DNA of 64,000 bases from contig OZ024749.1 of NCBI GenBank assembly GCA_964016885.1, positions 43,772,001-43,836,000 of the forward strand. The letters are read 5' to 3'. The stretch comes from Eledone cirrhosa (Eukaryota). The notes under the pieces are model-generated. The model was given only the letters and a program-made list of their open reading frames with translations, made no database searches and had not been told where the DNA came from. Each line of letters starts with the position of its first letter. Within the stretch, counting starts at the first letter, position 1. Both the position numbers and the translations under genes were made by a program. Positions 27,391 to 38,796 of the stretch are shown here, piece by piece.

Positions 27391-29301
27391 ATGGCGGAGC
27401 CACGCCCCCTAGAGGCGGGTCTGCTGTCGTGCAACGGCGACTTGAGCGTTGAGAGGAGAGGTGAGGCGAGGAGCGCCACCAGCACGAGTGTGAGCAGCGA
27501 CAGTGCCAGCACCAACGGGCCGAGCGGCGCGGAAGTAGGTAACAGCGACAACACCAACACCAACAAGCCGAACAGCGCAGAAGGTGGTAATAGCGAGAGC
27601 ACCAACAAAACAAACAGCACAGAGAGTAATAGTAGCGACAGCAACAGCACCAACAAGGCCAACAGCACAGAGGGAAACCACGACACAGGGGAGAACAACA
27701 ACAGCAATAGCAGCAGCAACACCAACAAGAACAACAACAGTGACAACACCAACAAGAACACTTTCGCTGCTGTGGCAGCGGCTAAAAGGAGACCATGCTA
27801 CAGCATCGACTTAACCAACAGAGAGGAAAAGTTGGCCCAGGCCTGGAAAATCATAAATCAAGAGCAGACCTGGGCAAACTTAACTGTCCCGGCAGAAGCC
27901 ATTGAGGCAGTGGAAAAAAGAACGGTGCATTTCAGATGCATCTCAGTAGAGACAAAGAGGGCAGCGATAATCGCCCAAGCTGACATAGAAGCCGCACTGA
28001 AATACATCAGAGAGGACACAGACTTCATAGAGAGGGGCAGGCAATACGGCACCGTTTCGGTGCTGTTCAAGTCTGAAGCCCTCGCTGTGAAGCATTCAAT
28101 GACCCCTTGCAAAACCAGCAAGGTCATAATGTACCCCTCCCACATGGGAAAACGAATAGCACGTGTGCGCATTCCCAGGATTCCACCAGGACTTGATATG
28201 TGGTGGCTCCTGGGTTGCGTAATCGTGGAAGGAACGGATACAGTCCCGGTAGAGGCAACGAGAACTGCCAGGGACGACTGGTCCGGGGTTGATCTGGAGA
28301 TACTGCTCCAAATCAGACCCGAAAACGTAAAAACAATCCCGGACCACATCCGCCTCCAAAACGGGAGGGTGTTGCATATAATGACTGAGGGCAAAAGGCC
28401 GCATTGTTTCCTTTGTGGGGAAACGACACACTTGCGAGCCTTCTGCCCTCAACTGCCGAAAAGCGCAAGGGGTCGAAAGATTCCACTGCTGGCGACGCCG
28501 GGACAAGGACCACCAGCAACACCGTCAACAATGGAACCACCAAAATTGCACACCCAGGGGGGAAACGAGGAAAGCTCTCCCATTCCCCCTCCCCCCCAAA
28601 ATACACACACGAACAAGAACATAAACACTCACTCAGACACAAACACGCTCACAGCCACAGACCCCTCATCCTCCAGCAGTGAAGATGAGGGAAAACCAAA
28701 GTCCCCCAAAATACAAAAAACAAAACACAAAAAAAAAAGAAATCCACAAAGCACAAACACCCCCACAAAAAAAAATACACACACCACCCACACAAACATT
28801 TTCCCCACAGCATCACCAACACAACCACCAAAATCCCCCAAACGCAAACAAGCTAAACAGACACAAGAACAAATAGACACACAAACATCAGAAACTACAG
28901 ACACCCCACCCACAACAAACGCAGACACAATAGAAACAACACTAACAAAGCTATCACCACCACAATCACACGAACAAATAAAACCCGAGCAACAAAACAT
29001 TAAAAACTTCGTGCTTGCCAGAAGGGCCAACAAGGAATTGATGGCCCATGTAGCACGAAGCACAAACATCGAAAAAGACGGGGAAACATTTGAAGCGAGC
29101 ACATTTCGCGTACCAGATAATTTGCTTCTGATGCGAATGTCGCTCGCTTCATACAAAGAAATTCGAAAGAGCTTTCCTCGGGATGTGGGAACCCCGAACG
29201 TAAAACCCACGTCAAGACTATTAAAGGGGTTCCCAAAAGAAACCCCACAAACCATGGAGGTCGAACCACCCGACCTTCACAAGACCCCGGAAGGTAAGTA
29301 A
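27391..29301 (+). CDS. Retrotransposon ORF1 (gag-like nucleic-acid-binding protein with CCHC zinc knuckle)
   Basis: 636 aa ORF; CFLCGETTHLRAFC = C-x2-C-x4-H-x4-C; N/S/T-rich N-terminus and P/T/K-rich disordered C-terminal half; lies directly upstream of the RT ORF. Confidence 0.9.
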   Translation: MAEPRPLEAGLLSCNGDLSVERRGEARSATSTSVSSDSASTNGPSGAEVGNSDNTNTNKPNSAEGGNSESTNKTNSTESNSSDSNSTNKANSTEGNHDTGENNNSNSSSNTNKNNNSDNTNKNTFAAVAAAKRRPCYSIDLTNREEKLAQAWKIINQEQTWANLTVPAEAIEAVEKRTVHFRCISVETKRAAIIAQADIEAALKYIREDTDFIERGRQYGTVSVLFKSEALAVKHSMTPCKTSKVIMYPSHMGKRIARVRIPRIPPGLDMWWLLGCVIVEGTDTVPVEATRTARDDWSGVDLEILLQIRPENVKTIPDHIRLQNGRVLHIMTEGKRPHCFLCGETTHLRAFCPQLPKSARGRKIPLLATPGQGPPATPSTMEPPKLHTQGGNEESSPIPPPPQNTHTNKNINTHSDTNTLTATDPSSSSSEDEGKPKSPKIQKTKHKKKRNPQSTNTPTKKNTHTTHTNIFPTASPTQPPKSPKRKQAKQTQEQIDTQTSETTDTPPTTNADTIETTLTKLSPPQSHEQIKPEQQNIKNFVLARRANKELMAHVARSTNIEKDGETFEASTFRVPDNLLLMRMSLASYKEIRKSFPRDVGTPNVKPTSRLLKGFPKETPQTMEVEPPDLHKTPEGK

Positions 29302-29330
29302 ACCTTTCCTCTCCCATTCATCCTGCCAGC

Positions 29331-32300
29331 ATGGCCATAAGAGTAGGAAGTTTAAATGTTCGTGGCCTGGGGTCGCCCTGGAAGCAAGGTCACTTGCTCA
29401 ACGACCTCAGGTCACTAGGAATGGATGTAATTGCCATCAGCGAGACCAGAATTTCCGACACACGCGCACTGGCGCCGATTTTCGACGATTATCAGATCTT
29501 TGCATCTGTTAGTCGGCCGGGAATGGGAGGTGGAGTGGCTGTGCTGTTTAGGAAATGTCTGGATCTCGAGGTAAGGTCAATCTTCCGGGATCCTGACGGA
29601 AAGTTGGTGGTCCTGGACGTGAGCAATAGCGAAGGTGGTGCCTTTAGACTGGTGGCCGTCTACGCCCCTACTGGGGCCGGTCGGCCGGACTTCTTTAGGC
29701 GCCTGGAAAACTTTCTGCTTACGTCTCGCCCTTTACTGTTAATAGGGGATTGGAATGGCATCTTAGAAGCACGCTGGGATTGTGTGGGAGTATCTGATAG
29801 GAGCGGGGGGTGCAAAAGCCTCAAGTACCTGATCAGCCAGTTTCAACTGTCTGACAGGTACCGACTAGATTTCCCTAATGCGCCAGTATGGACCTGGACC
29901 AATCGCATAGGGTCATCTAGATCGTACATAGATAGGATTTTCATTAGGAAAAGAGATAGAAATAGTGTAGGATGTCCACATTTTAAAACGGTTGCCTATT
30001 CAGATCACAAGCTTGTGATCTGTATGGTCGACCTAGATAAGACACGTAGGTTAGGACCTAGCTACTGGAAGCTAAACATGTCGTTTCCGGCACGTAAAGC
30101 TTACAGGGACCGGGTCAACAACTTAGTTAAGCAAAAGTTGACAGGGGGGGTTGTCAACAACAGGTGGTGGGGGGCACTCAAAAGAGAGATTAGAGCAACC
30201 TCGATAGGATTTAGCAAAGAAGTAGCAATAGAGAAAAATAGAAAAGAGGAGGGGCTGATAGCTAAGTTAGACGAGGCTATTTGTAGTGGCATTGCAACAG
30301 ACGTGCTAGCGGCGAGAATGGCACTAGACCATTTCTTCAATGCGAAACACGAAGGTTGCATTGTCAGAGCTAAGGCGCGTGCTCTGAGGAACGAGGGAAC
30401 CAAAGCTGCCCGATGGGCTCGCTTTGCAGAGACGCAGCGTGGAAATAAAACCACAATTCGGTCTTTGACGGATCGAGATGGACACGAACTGAGCGATTCC
30501 AAGCAGATGTGTGAGGCCTTTCGCCAGCACTTTGCTCGATTGTTCGGGAGGATGGGTGAGTCGGAGATGGCGGCGGACTTCAGTCCCTACCTCGACGGCT
30601 TGCCACGCCTCTCGACGGCCGACGCTGAGCGCTGCGAAGAGCCGATAACATCAGCCGAAATTCAGGACGCCCTTGTCGGCTGCTCGAGTCGCAAGTCACC
30701 CGGTTTGGATGGTCTGCCCTACGAGCTTTACGTAAATATGCCAGACTTGTTCTCCGATCTCCTCGAAGCGCTCTACTGCAACTGGCAGCAGAACGGGAGC
30801 ATTCCCAGTTCTGTGAGCCGTGGCGTAGTGACGCTGATAAGGAAAGACGAGAACAAGAGGGACACACTAGATAATTTCAGGCCCATAACCCTGCTCAACA
30901 CAGAGTTTAAGATTTTGGCCAAGGTGTTAGCGAAAAGGTTGGCGCTTGTCGTCAAAGATTTGGTTGGGGAGGCGCAAACTTGCGCAATCCCGACCAGGTC
31001 CATACACGACAACCTCCACCTCATGCGATACATCATAGAGAGGGTTGGGTGCAAACCTGGCTTCGGTGGGGCTCTGATCAATTTAGATCAATCGAAAGCA
31101 TTCGATAGGGTCGACCATCGGTACTTGGAGGCTGTCCTCGAGGCGGCTGGCTTCGGCCCCGTCTTCAGAAGCTGGATCGCTGCAATGTACAGCGGCATCC
31201 GCTCGGTGGTCAAAGTTAATGGCCACCTCTCGGAACCGTTTCAGATCTCTCGATCGGTCCGTCAAGGGTGCCCTCTCTCCTCACTTCTGTACGTATTGAC
31301 TCTTGAGCCTCTACTGCGGAAGCTGGAGTTGTTGCAGGGCATCCCGCTCGAACCGGGACGTAGAAAGGCTGCGTCCGCTTATGCAGACGACATCACCGTG
31401 ATGGTGTCGGACACCTCGGAAATCGAGGTGATCCGCACCCATTTGGAGGAATATGAAAGGTTGACGGGAGCAAAACTTAACCCGGAAAAGTCGGTGGGCT
31501 TGCAGCTCGGCACCTGGAGAGGCAAGTCCATGCCGTCCAACAGCGTCGTTGGGCGCTGGACAGACGGACCGGTAAAGTTGCTCGGGGTTTGGTTCGGACC
31601 AGACCTCCAGGTGGATAAGAATTGGGACGAGGTGACGAGCAGGATAGCCAACCTCACCCAGAAATGGGCTGAGAGAAAGCTATCACTGAAAGGGCGGGCG
31701 GAGGTGGCGAACGCGTACATCGCGTCCGTCATCTACTACCGCCTGACCGTCGTGCCTTGCCCCCGTCCACGCCTCGCCAATTTGGAACGGCTCCTTTTCA
31801 AATTTTTGTGGAGGGGACGGGTCCCGTTGGTGAGGCGGTCCATCTGCTGCCAGCACCCTCTTCGTGGAGGGCTGGGCATGCCGTGGCTAATGATGCGCAG
31901 ACATGCGCTGAGGCTGCGACATCTCCAGATATTTTGCCTAAACGGTGAACAGGTGTGGTCGCCGTTTGTTAGACGGGCCTTTCCGCAGCTCATCTCTTTG
32001 ACTGAGCTGCAGTCCTGGGTCAAGAAGAGACCGAGACTGGGCGACTGGCATCTGGAATGTTGCCAGGCGCTCACTGCACTCTGCAAGGTGGGCAATGCGG
32101 TCAGTGGAACTTCCACTCAAGATTTCTATAGAGGATTAGTGGAGGGCAAGTGCGATGACGTACTAGGAGAGGCTCTGGGCGTCAACGAAGTAGAACTGAC
32201 CAGTATGTTCCGGAGGACTTTCGAGCCGGGGACGATGGATAACTTCCAGAAATCCCTCGCTTGGCAGTGCTACCGGGGGGCGCTGCCGGTTCGGGATAAA

Positions 32301-32750
32301 CTCTACAGGCACGGAAGTGCTGTCAGACGAACCTGCCCGAGATGCGCGCAGAGCGACGAAACCGTTCTGCACGCACTCGTCCAGTGTCCGTGCATTGCTG
32401 ACTTGTGGGGTTATGTCGAACAGCTATTGTCGCGTGTAGAACGGATCCGGCTATCGTCCGAGTCCATAGTGAAGATTGACCCGCCGCCTTCTTTTGGTCA
32501 GGAAGGGCAGGCAATTTTCCTCTGCCTGGTGGCAGTAGCGAAAGAGGTTGCATGGTGGACCAGGTTGAAAGGACTGAAGACAGACACTTTTCTCTTCGGC
32601 CAATCCCTCATCAACTTCTTCAAGTTTCACTTGGAAAGGAAGGTGAGGGTGGAGAGAGAAGTGCTGCCCCCCAGTACATTTACTGAAAGGTGGGTGAATG
32701 TGGCGAGAATGGCCCGCGTGAGTGGGCCTACTCTGATCATGCGCCTGTAG
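29331..32750 (+). CDS. Retrotransposon ORF2: apurinic-like endonuclease + reverse transcriptase + C-terminal zinc finger
   Basis: 1139 aa; APE motifs GSLNVRGL, ISETR, VYAP, IGDWN, SYIDRIF, YSDH; RT motifs KSPGLDG, FRPITLLNTEFKILAK, LDQSKAFDRVDH, VRQGCPLS, YADD; CPRC...ETVLHALVQC zinc finger; YWKLN and GGLG motifs typical of L1/Tx1. Confidence 0.97.
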   Translation: MAIRVGSLNVRGLGSPWKQGHLLNDLRSLGMDVIAISETRISDTRALAPIFDDYQIFASVSRPGMGGGVAVLFRKCLDLEVRSIFRDPDGKLVVLDVSNSEGGAFRLVAVYAPTGAGRPDFFRRLENFLLTSRPLLLIGDWNGILEARWDCVGVSDRSGGCKSLKYLISQFQLSDRYRLDFPNAPVWTWTNRIGSSRSYIDRIFIRKRDRNSVGCPHFKTVAYSDHKLVICMVDLDKTRRLGPSYWKLNMSFPARKAYRDRVNNLVKQKLTGGVVNNRWWGALKREIRATSIGFSKEVAIEKNRKEEGLIAKLDEAICSGIATDVLAARMALDHFFNAKHEGCIVRAKARALRNEGTKAARWARFAETQRGNKTTIRSLTDRDGHELSDSKQMCEAFRQHFARLFGRMGESEMAADFSPYLDGLPRLSTADAERCEEPITSAEIQDALVGCSSRKSPGLDGLPYELYVNMPDLFSDLLEALYCNWQQNGSIPSSVSRGVVTLIRKDENKRDTLDNFRPITLLNTEFKILAKVLAKRLALVVKDLVGEAQTCAIPTRSIHDNLHLMRYIIERVGCKPGFGGALINLDQSKAFDRVDHRYLEAVLEAAGFGPVFRSWIAAMYSGIRSVVKVNGHLSEPFQISRSVRQGCPLSSLLYVLTLEPLLRKLELLQGIPLEPGRRKAASAYADDITVMVSDTSEIEVIRTHLEEYERLTGAKLNPEKSVGLQLGTWRGKSMPSNSVVGRWTDGPVKLLGVWFGPDLQVDKNWDEVTSRIANLTQKWAERKLSLKGRAEVANAYIASVIYYRLTVVPCPRPRLANLERLLFKFLWRGRVPLVRRSICCQHPLRGGLGMPWLMMRRHALRLRHLQIFCLNGEQVWSPFVRRAFPQLISLTELQSWVKKRPRLGDWHLECCQALTALCKVGNAVSGTSTQDFYRGLVEGKCDDVLGEALGVNEVELTSMFRRTFEPGTMDNFQKSLAWQCYRGALPVRDKLYRHGSAVRRTCPRCAQSDETVLHALVQCPCIADLWGYVEQLLSRVERIRLSSESIVKIDPPPSFGQEGQAIFLCLVAVAKEVAWWTRLKGLKTDTFLFGQSLINFFKFHLERKVRVEREVLPPSTFTERWVNVARMARVSGPTLIMRL

Positions 32751-33043
32751 GCTGGTGAATTCGAGAAGGAGAGGGGTGCCCTTCCCGGGTGCCCTAGGAG
32801 CGTCGGGTGGCTCAGGACTGGTGGGGTGCTTGAGTCAACCCTGGGTGGTGATCCCTCTTATTGGGGAACTTTCATTGTTGTATTTTTATTGTTATTTTGT
32901 TTTTGTTTTTTTGTTATTTATACTTACTCGATCTCTATGTAAACCCCCACTGTCCCTGTCTATTGTGTTGTCCCCTATATGTCGGCCCTTGTGGCCAATA
33001 AATGAAATCATTATTATTATCATTATTATTATTACTACTATGA

Positions 33044-33232
33044 GGGCGGTGGATTGGCAGTATCGGTGGAGGGTCGGACGCCATGCTTTCCAGCATAGTT
33101 ACGTCCCTTTACGATCTGAGTTCAAATCCCGCCGAGGTTGACTTTGCCTTTCATCCTTACGGGGTCGATAAAATAAAGTACCAGTAATGTACTGGAAAAT
33201 TGCTGGCCTTGTGCCAAAAGTAGAAACAATTA
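33044..33232 (+). mobile_element. Meta-domain SINE inserted at the end of the Tx1 (ATT)n tail
   Basis: Full SINE starts about 10 bp after the LINE tail. Confidence 0.9.
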
Positions 33233-33545
33233 TATATAAACATATTGTACATGCTTTCATATACGCTTTCCTCAACCCTTCTCTCCCTCTCACTCTCTCT
33301 CTCTACCTCTCTCTCTCTCTTCCTCTCTCTCCCTCTCTCTCTTTCTCTCACTCTTTCTCTCCCTCTCACTCTCTCTCACTCTCTCTCACTCACTCTCACT
33401 CTCTCTCTTTCTCACTCTTTCTCTCCCTCTCTATCTCTCTCCCTCTCTCTCCTCTTTATCTCTCTCTCTATATATATATATATATCTCACTCTCTCTCTC
33501 TCTCTCTCTCTTTCTCACTCTTTCTCTCCCTCTATATCTCTCTCC

Positions 33546-33599
<54 letters not shown>

Positions 33600-33758
33600 G
33601 TACGTATGTTCGATCAGTTATAATTTGGTACATTAACTCAAAAAAATTTCACAGACACAAGCAAGAACAAATACAGACACACATAATCAATATAAACGCG
33701 CACACACACACTCACTCACACACACACACACATGCACGCACCCTCACGCGCACACACA

Positions 33759-33820
<62 letters not shown>

Positions 33821-33958
33821 GTATGCGTACGTATGTATCTATATATGTATATACACATACACACGCATATATATATATATTTGCATATATATATATGCAT
33901 ACACACGTGCATATGTAAATATGTATGACCTTCTCACTCCTTACACACACACACACGC

Positions 33959-33993
<35 letters not shown>

Positions 33994-34106
33994 AAGAGAG
34001 AGGGAGAGAGAGAGAGACACCCTGGCACACACACAAACATTATATATATATATATACATATATGTGTGTATATATACATATATATAAATATAATATATAT
34101 ATATAT

Positions 34107-34150
<44 letters not shown>

Positions 34151-34198
34151 ATAGACACTCTCCCTAGCACACACACACACACACACATACGCACAAAA

Positions 34199-34229
<31 letters not shown>

Positions 34230-34254
34230 CATACATACATATAATATTTAGACA

Positions 34255-34286
<32 letters not shown>

Positions 34287-34822
34287 GCTATAGTTTTCAG
34301 GAATATAGAGACGAGATAATATAGAGAAGAGTAAATACATTATTTCTGACAAAATGTGGCAGAAAACAGATTTATATTGTGATAAATATTGAGATCAGAG
34401 ACGACCGCTTCGAAAATCTGATACTTTAAATAGCTTCTTCTTGATCGTTTGTACAGTTTATCATCTCACTTGATATAGCTACGAGGTTAACATACAATTC
34501 CAGAGGTCGTTAAGGGGCGGGATCGATTCCCAGCTTTGCTTAATAAACATATACAGAGTGGGCCGTAATTAGTTTATTTGTGTACATGATACAGTGCGCT
34601 AATATTTATAGATACTAGCGCACTGTAGTATCTATAAATACTAGCGCCCTGTACACAGTGCGCTAGTGTACACAAATCAGTATTCTGACGATTTCGTCGG
34701 GTATCGACTGTAATCAAAGTCAAGTGGCGTGAATTCTAACGATCAGCGACTTTTAAACACACCGGACTAATGAAACAATCGTTAATACTTTAAATAAACC
34801 CTATTGTTATTATTCATTCTTT

Positions 34823-34958
<136 letters not shown>

Positions 34959-35164
34959 ATGTAGAAAAGCAACACACGAGTTGATATATATAATAACAAA
35001 TAGTAGATAGGAAAAAGATTTTTTCGGTAGAAAATGGTGAAGAGATTGTTTCAGTGAAATATCAAAACATTAATTTATTTACAATACCGGTTTCAGCATT
35101 ATATGCATTGTCAATTGCGGGTATGCAGAATATTGTTAAGTTGCATATTTGTACAAATAGTGAT

Positions 35165-35165
35165 G

Positions 35166-35233
<68 letters not shown>

Positions 35234-36153
35234 TTCTTTATTGGCCACAAGGGCTGACATCAAGAAAACATTACAGACGGCACAGGACGGTACAGGACGG
35301 TACGATGTGGGTTTTGTGCGTGTAAATATTTTTATTATTTATATAAGAAAAGAAAAAAAAGACATAGAAACATATATATATATATAAACAATAAAAATGA
35401 AAATTTAAACAATGAAAAATTCCCCAATAGGGGGGAAACGTCCGAGGGTTACTCGTGGCGAAAACCACACAAAAGACCACGGCCACCCTGACCACCAGGG
35501 CAAGCGCCCTCTCTCAATTTTTCCATTTCTTAAACTACAGACGTATATTCAGAGTGGTCCCGTTCACTCGGACCATTCTCGCTACATTCACCCACCTTTC
35601 AACAAACTTGCTAGAAGGCAGCACTTGCCTCTCCACCATGATTTTCCTCTTCAAGTGAAACTTGAAAAAGTTAATTAGGGATTCGCCGAAGAGGAAAGTG
35701 TCTGTCTTTAACCCTTTTAACCTTGTCCACCACACAATCTCTTTCACCATGGCCACCAGGCAGATGAAAACCGCCTGCCCTTCCTCCTCTAAGGAAGACG
35801 GCGAGACCATCTGCACAATGGACTCAGTCGATAACCGGATCAGTCCTACACGCGACAGCAACTGTTCGACATAGCTCCACAAGTCAGCAATGCTCGGGCA
35901 CTGAACGAGTGCGTGCACGACGGTTTCGTCGCTCTGCGCGCATCTCGGACAGGCTCGGCTGACGGCACTTCCGTGCCTGTAGAGCTTATCTCGAACCGGC
36001 AGCGCTCCCCGGTAGCACTGCCAGGCCAGGGATTTTTGGAAGTTATCCATAGGCCCTGGGCTGAAAGTTCTCCGGAAGAGAGCAAACAGCTGATCTTCTT
36101 CGACGCCCAGGATCTCTCCGAGAACGTCGTCGCTCTTCCCCTCCATTAGTCGT
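35165..36153 (-). mobile_element. 5'-truncated Tx1 copy of a diverged subfamily, flanked on both sides by (AAT)n
   Basis: Minus ORF ...EGKSDDVLGE...CPRCAQSDETVVHALVQC...RWVNVARM matches the ORF2 end; tail GCCCTTGTGGCCAATAAAGAA(ATT)n at 35165-35255; (AAT)n also at 36154-36170. Confidence 0.93.
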
Positions 36154-36272
36154 ATAATAATAATAATAATAAAAAGGGGAAGAAAAATTAATTTCACATG
36201 CATTCAGAGAAGAGAGTTCATTTCTCTGTCCATCCTTCTCTGCTAATAGCTTGGTTATATATATATATTTAT

Positions 36273-36361
<89 letters not shown>

Positions 36362-36654
36362 CCCGACCGCAGCGCCACTCTGCATCTCCCTATGTATCAA
36401 GTACTCCTATGATTAGTCGTCTCCTCGGTAAATTTTATAGAAACCTTTTTTTAATATGAGATAGTGAATAATAATATCTTGTCTTTAAAACTTGAAAATA
36501 TCCGAGACCCCAGTAGACAACTGATGAGGAAAACTCCTCCCTCTCCCCACCCGGTTCTTGCTTTCTTCTTATTCTCCCTCCATTTTAAGCTACCTTAACT
36601 AGCAACTACACAGCCAATCCTATTCTCCATATTTTACACATATATATATACATA

Positions 36655-37253
36655 TATATGGTCTGAGACTTGGACACTGACCAACAAACTCACTCAGATG
36701 GTGGATGGGTGCTACACGAGAATGTTGAGGATGGCTCTGAACATTAATCAGTGTGGATTGGCAGTATCGGTAAAGGGTCGGACGCCATGCTTTGACGCAT
36801 AGAGTTACGGCCCTTGCCATTCTGAGTTCAAATCCCGCCGAGGTTAACTTTGCCTTTCATCCTTACCGGGATCGATAAAATAAAGTACCAGTAATACACT
36901 GGGTAATTGCTGGCCTTGTGCCTAACGTAGAAACAATTAATCAGTATACACTGAAGATGAAAAACTCAGAGCTGTATGGGAACCTCCCAAAAGTCAGCTC
37001 AAAAGTGACACAGAGGAGACTGAGGTTAGCTGGACATGCTCACCGACATCCAGAGTTGACATTGCACTCAGTACTCCAGTGGGAGCCCCTACATGGACAC
37101 ACTAGAAGAGGAAGACCAAGGTTAACGTATGTTGATGCCCTCAGGACAGACACTGGTCTGTTGGACACGCAGGAGATGGCAGAGATAATGAGAAGGGACA
37201 GAGGCCGCTGGAGAGAACTCGTCCATGGATCTCGGGAATTTTACCCGCCCTAG
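36655..37253 (+). mobile_element. RTE-type LINE 3' fragment interrupted by a SINE
   Basis: Translates YGSETWTL...YTRMLRMALNI|NQYTLKMKNSELYG...RRLRLAGH...GRPRLTYVD, the C-terminal signature of RTE-group LINEs. Confidence 0.85.
36753..36937 (+). mobile_element. Meta-domain SINE nested in the RTE fragment, 10-bp TSD
   Basis: TSD ATTAATCAGT at 36743-36752 and 36936-36945; the empty site is visible in the paralogue near 39057-39066. Confidence 0.92.
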
Positions 37254-37264
37254 ATAGATATGTA

Positions 37265-37760
37265 TTTGTGTATATATGTATGTCTCTACGTCTATATGTT
37301 TCTGTGTGTGAATATTCACGTATGTATATCTTCCTAATTGTGTATGTCCCTGAGTATGTATGTATGTATGTATGTATGTATGTATGTATGTATGTATGTA
37401 TGTATGTACATGTGTATGTTCCTGTCTGTGAATATTTCCATGTGTCCCTGTGTATATATGTCTCTACGCGTGTGTATATTCCTGTGTGTGAATATTGGCG
37501 TGTTTCCATGTGTGTATATATGCCTCTACGTGTGTGTATATTCCTGTGTGTGAATATTTGCGTGTGTCCCTATGTGTATATATGCCTCTACGTGTGTGTA
37601 TACTCCTGTGTGTGAATATTGGCGTGTTTCCCTGTGTGTATATATGCCTCTACGTGTGTGTATATTCCTACGTGTGAATATATTTGTCTATGTCCCTGTG
37701 TATATATGTCTCTACGTGTGTGTGTGTGTGTGCATGTTCCTGTGTGGAAATATTTACATA
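37265..37760. repeat. Degenerate ~60-bp minisatellite (CTCTACGTGTGTGTATATTCCTGTGTGTGAATATT...)
   Basis: About 7 units downstream of the RTE fragment. Confidence 0.8.
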
Positions 37761-38224
37761 TGTATATATATATATTCCTATATGTGTATGACATTGTATG
37801 TGGATGCTCCAAACCGTTCCACCGACCGTGAAATCTCTTCGATCGCTTCTGTCCGACATTTAAGTTTGAAATTCAGCGAACTTAGCTGAAAGCTAAGGAA
37901 AAGCTGAGGAAGAACTGGGATATTATTCCGTCCGAACACTTGCCATGTAAAAGCTTTTGTAGGTTTGTACACGCTTCAAAGAACACATCGGTGTCCGAGT
38001 TAAATTGAAATTTTCTTCATATCAGTCATTGTGGCGAGAGATTGTGTCAGTTTTAACAAAAACAATAAAAGGCAGTAAGCCATGGCGGTTACTGGAATAA
38101 CACGAGGCTGACCTGTAGCATTAATGGCGGAGAGTATGAAGGTGGGATTGGAGAGGGTGAAGTGATTTGAATATGGGAGAGGAAACAATTTTAATGGGAG
38201 GAGGGAACACTTTTAATGCTGAGA

Positions 38225-38730
38225 GACAATTTGAATATGACGTGGGGCGGGTGGAGGGGGGCAATTTGAATATGAGGGAAGCAATTTTAATATGAGGGAG
38301 GCAATTTGAATATGAGGAAGGCAATTTTAATATGACGGAGGCAATTTTAATTAGAGGGAGGCAATTTGAATATGAGGGAGGCAATTTTAATATGAGGGAG
38401 GCAATTTTAATGAGGGAGACAATTTTAATATGAGGGAGGCAATTTTAATATGAGGGAGGCAATTTTAATATGAGGGAGGCAATTTTAATGAGGGAGACAA
38501 TTTTAATATGAGGGAGGCAATTTTAATATGAGGGAGACAATTTTAATATGAGGGAGGCAATCTTAATGTAATGTGGGGATTTTTAATATGAGGGAGGCAA
38601 TTTTATTCTGAGGGAGGCAATTTTAATAAGGGGGAGGCAATTTGAATATGAGGGAGGCAATTTTAATATGGGGGAGGCAATTTTAATATGATGTGGGAAT
38701 GTTTAATATGAGGGAAGCAATTTTAATATG
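38225..38730. repeat. Minisatellite, ~20-bp unit ATATGAGGGAGGCAATTTTA
   Basis: More than 20 degenerate tandem copies. Confidence 0.95.
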
Positions 38731-38796
38731 GAAAGAGGATGGGTGAGTGTTTGGGAGTAAATTGTATATTTGGTGGAGGATAAATTGAATATTGGG

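Larger units (their letters stand above)
27180..33040 (+). mobile_element. Full-length Tx1 (L1 clade) non-LTR retrotransposon: ~210 bp 5'UTR, ORF1, ORF2, ~260 bp 3'UTR, AATAAA and (ATT)n tail
   Basis: Two long uninterrupted ORFs separated by 29 bp; 3' end GGCCCTTGTGGCCAATAAATGAAATC(ATT)n; 5' end abuts the (ATT)n tail of an upstream truncated copy. Confidence 0.95.

Noticed and set aside
29294-29329. Micro-intron fusing ORF1 to ORF2
   Set aside because: Only 36 nt, and removal yields GCA TGG CCA TAA, out of frame with ORF2.
27287-32553. Antisense and alternative-frame ORFs over the Tx1 element
   Set aside because: Shadow ORFs of GC-rich coding sequence; no recognisable motifs.
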